DNA of 28,721 bases. Origin: a virus (lineage: Duplodnaviria > Caudoviricetes). The DNA lies in the IMG/VR virus record IMGVR_UViG_3300016654_000294, positions 1-28,721 of that record. One strand, 5' to 3'. Positions 26,963-28,721 of this stretch are shown here, in pieces. Both the position numbers and the translations under genes were made by a program. Within the stretch, counting starts at the first letter, position 1; each line of letters starts with the position of its first letter. The notes under the pieces were generated by a model, which saw nothing but the letters and a program-made list of their open reading frames with translations, had not been told where the DNA came from and ran no database searches.

Positions 26963-26996
26963 TAGGACCTAGGGCTTATAGGGCATTTTTAGGGCA
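26963..26996 (+). repeat. Putative integrase arm-type sites
   Basis: TAGGGC at 26970, 26979 and 26990 (TAGGAC at 26963), about 100 bp inside att. Confidence 0.55.
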
Positions 26997-27090
26997 AACC
27001 CCAGCCCTGTCCAGGCATTCCCACGCCATGCTAAAATCCAAAACCATCGAGATAGACGGCCTGAAGCGGCCTCGGGGGCCGCTTCAAAGC

Positions 27091-27114
27091 GTTCGAATCC
27101 CTATCTCTCCGCCA
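27091..27114 (+). other. att site: duplicated 3' end of tRNA-Ser
   Basis: GTTCGAATCCCTATCTCTCCGCCA is a T-loop, acceptor strand, G discriminator and CCA; the rest of the tRNA is absent. Confidence 0.85.
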
Positions 27115-27127
27115 TTATTGAATAACC

Positions 27128-27170
27128 AAAAGCCCCTGAAAGGTTTAATCCTTTCAGGGGCTTTTGCGTT
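27128..27170. terminator. Bidirectional intrinsic terminator (original tRNA terminator)
   Basis: AAAAGCCCCTGAAAGG-N6-CCTTTCAGGGGCTTTT. Confidence 0.9.
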
Positions 27171-27224
27171 TCCGATGGCTTCATTTTAGAGGTGGGTCGT
27201 GTCCAGTGCGAGCACCAGCGTCCT

Positions 27225-28721
27225 TCACTTAAACACTAGCCCCTCACTCCCCAAAGCCTGCGCCATTTGCGCAAACTGCGGCAGCCGCGCGACATATTCC
27301 GTTTCGAAGGCCAAATACCGATCCTGCGCCGCCACGTAACGAATCTGCGGTTTAACCCGTGGGATGTCCTTGGAGGACAGTTTCAATACATCGTTGCTGC
27401 ACTGGTTCCACAACCACGCCAAGGTGTGGGTGCCGAAGGTTTGCGTTTGATAACTCCACACCCACCAATCACCGTGGCCACGGGCAACGTCCAACCGGCC
27501 GTGAAAGGTGCGCAGGGTGATGACTTGCTTGGGCTGAGTGACCAGCAGGCGCGTGTCCTGGCGCACTTCGCTGCCGAAGCCGTCCAGTACCGCCTGGGTG
27601 CTGGTGCCGGTGACGAAGTTAAAGCGCCATGCTAGCAGCACGCTTTCCTGGTAGCCGGGGTGTTCGGGGTTGGGGCGCGCGCCTTCGCTGAATAACAGCA
27701 CCTCATCGCCTCCCAGGTAAGCGGTGGCTGCGCGCAGTTGATAGGCTTCAGCCGGCATCGGTTTGGCGGCAATGGTGACCGGTTGTGCAAGGTATTGACT
27801 CCAAATCCAGCAGCACGGGCCGTTGTGCTGCATAAACAGCAAACGGTTGGGGCCGATGGGCAGGAGGGTCAGTTCATCGGGGTGTTCGAAAATGATCTCG
27901 CTGGTCTGCGCGGTGATGCGCCAGATCCGCGTCAATGCCTCGGGTTCGTAGAGGCGTTGACGCTCGAAGACTTGATCCTCGACCACCACGCAGGGATCTT
28001 CAAACGCCGGCCATTGCGTCTCGACGGGGCCGAAAACCTCAACGCTGTTGCCCTTGCGGATCTCGTACTGATAGCGATCATCCGAACGGTACGCGCCGCG
28101 CGTTACCTGACGTTTCCACAGGCTGCGTTGAACGTTGGCATCGATCAGTTGCAGATCGGCGCCGTCCACGCCGTCTTTGCGGAGTTCGAGCATGTCCTGC
28201 TCGGTAGGCGGCCAGGCGTTGTAATCGATCAGGAAGCATAACCAGCTATCGTCCTCCTGCTCAGTGATCGCGGCCCAGCCGTTGCGATAGTTGCCTTCGT
28301 GCACATACGTCGGGCCTGGGTATTCATGTACGTCCTGCAGCCACTGGAGCTTGCTGCGTTTGGGCTTGGCTGCGGGCGGTGTTTGCGCTTGGATGAGTGT
28401 CGGCTTGAAATGCAGGGCTGTCTTCTGTCCGCACCAATGTTGGGTAAACCGTTCGCGCTGATTGGCGGGGACAATCACCGGGCGGTAATCGTCGCCCCCC
28501 GCGTCGAGGTTCCACAGGTCGAAGCCTTCGCGCGCCAGTGCAGTGGCCAGCGCTTCGAAGCACACCTCGGGCATTTCATTGCAGAGTTCATCCAGCAGCG
28601 TTTCGAAGGCCGCGCCGGAAAACACGCTGATGTGGGGGTAGACAGGTGGCAGCAGCGACAGCCATTCGCCGCCGGGGGTTTTCCAATCGATATGCACTAA
28701 CGGGTTAAAACCAGCAGTCAT
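27225..28721 (-). CDS. Hypothetical host protein, 498 aa
   Basis: Long GC-rich ORF outside att; no motif recognised. Confidence 0.75.
   Translation of the reverse strand: MTAGFNPLVHIDWKTPGGEWLSLLPPVYPHISVFSGAAFETLLDELCNEMPEVCFEALATALAREGFDLWNLDAGGDDYRPVIVPANQRERFTQHWCGQKTALHFKPTLIQAQTPPAAKPKRSKLQWLQDVHEYPGPTYVHEGNYRNGWAAITEQEDDSWLCFLIDYNAWPPTEQDMLELRKDGVDGADLQLIDANVQRSLWKRQVTRGAYRSDDRYQYEIRKGNSVEVFGPVETQWPAFEDPCVVVEDQVFERQRLYEPEALTRIWRITAQTSEIIFEHPDELTLLPIGPNRLLFMQHNGPCCWIWSQYLAQPVTIAAKPMPAEAYQLRAATAYLGGDEVLLFSEGARPNPEHPGYQESVLLAWRFNFVTGTSTQAVLDGFGSEVRQDTRLLVTQPKQVITLRTFHGRLDVARGHGDWWVWSYQTQTFGTHTLAWLWNQCSNDVLKLSSKDIPRVKPQIRYVAAQDRYLAFETEYVARLPQFAQMAQALGSEGLVFK

Larger units (their letters stand above)
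1..27114. mobile_element. Tailless prophage or satellite-like element integrated at tRNA-Ser; left end probably outside the window
   Basis: int-xis, cI-cro, replication, HK97-type head and lysis genes; ends at a tRNA 3'-end duplication, after which a host-like gene begins. No second att copy was seen in the window. Confidence 0.85.

Noticed and set aside
27040-27114. Full tRNA gene
   Set aside because: Only the T-loop, acceptor 3' strand and CCA are present; there is no D or anticodon arm or matching 5' strand, so it is an att duplicate.
26450-27189. ORFs 26450..26890, 26583..26804, 26709..26972 and 26947..27189
   Set aside because: They overlap one another and show no recognisable motif; they cannot be supported as genes.

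Overview
About 27 kb of this window is an integrated phage-derived element of Pseudomonas type; the host is inferred from gene families and the tRNA sequence. Its right boundary is a duplicated tRNA-Ser 3' end (27091-27114), and its left boundary probably lies outside the window. It carries int/xis, prtN-like, cI/cro, one primase-helicase followed by a 12-iteron origin, an uninterrupted HK97-type packaging and head module, and a full lysis set (holin, GH19 endolysin, Rz/Rz1). The whole tail module is missing, removed at one junction near 20920. The CI repressor appears non-cleavable and the integrase lacks its first catalytic Arg. Several late-gene junctions hold inserted cargo: an orphan gene, higBA flanked by a duplicated terL 3' end, a Ser/Thr kinase, a 3-TM protein and an FRG protein. 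Further defence-like cargo (HEPN-like, DUF2971, Mrr-like) and a complete C4 antisense RNA switch sit near the ends. The best candidate for a new system is a tailless, head-forming, lysis-competent, satellite-like element that is also a defence hotspot. All family assignments come from motif recognition by eye, not from database searches.
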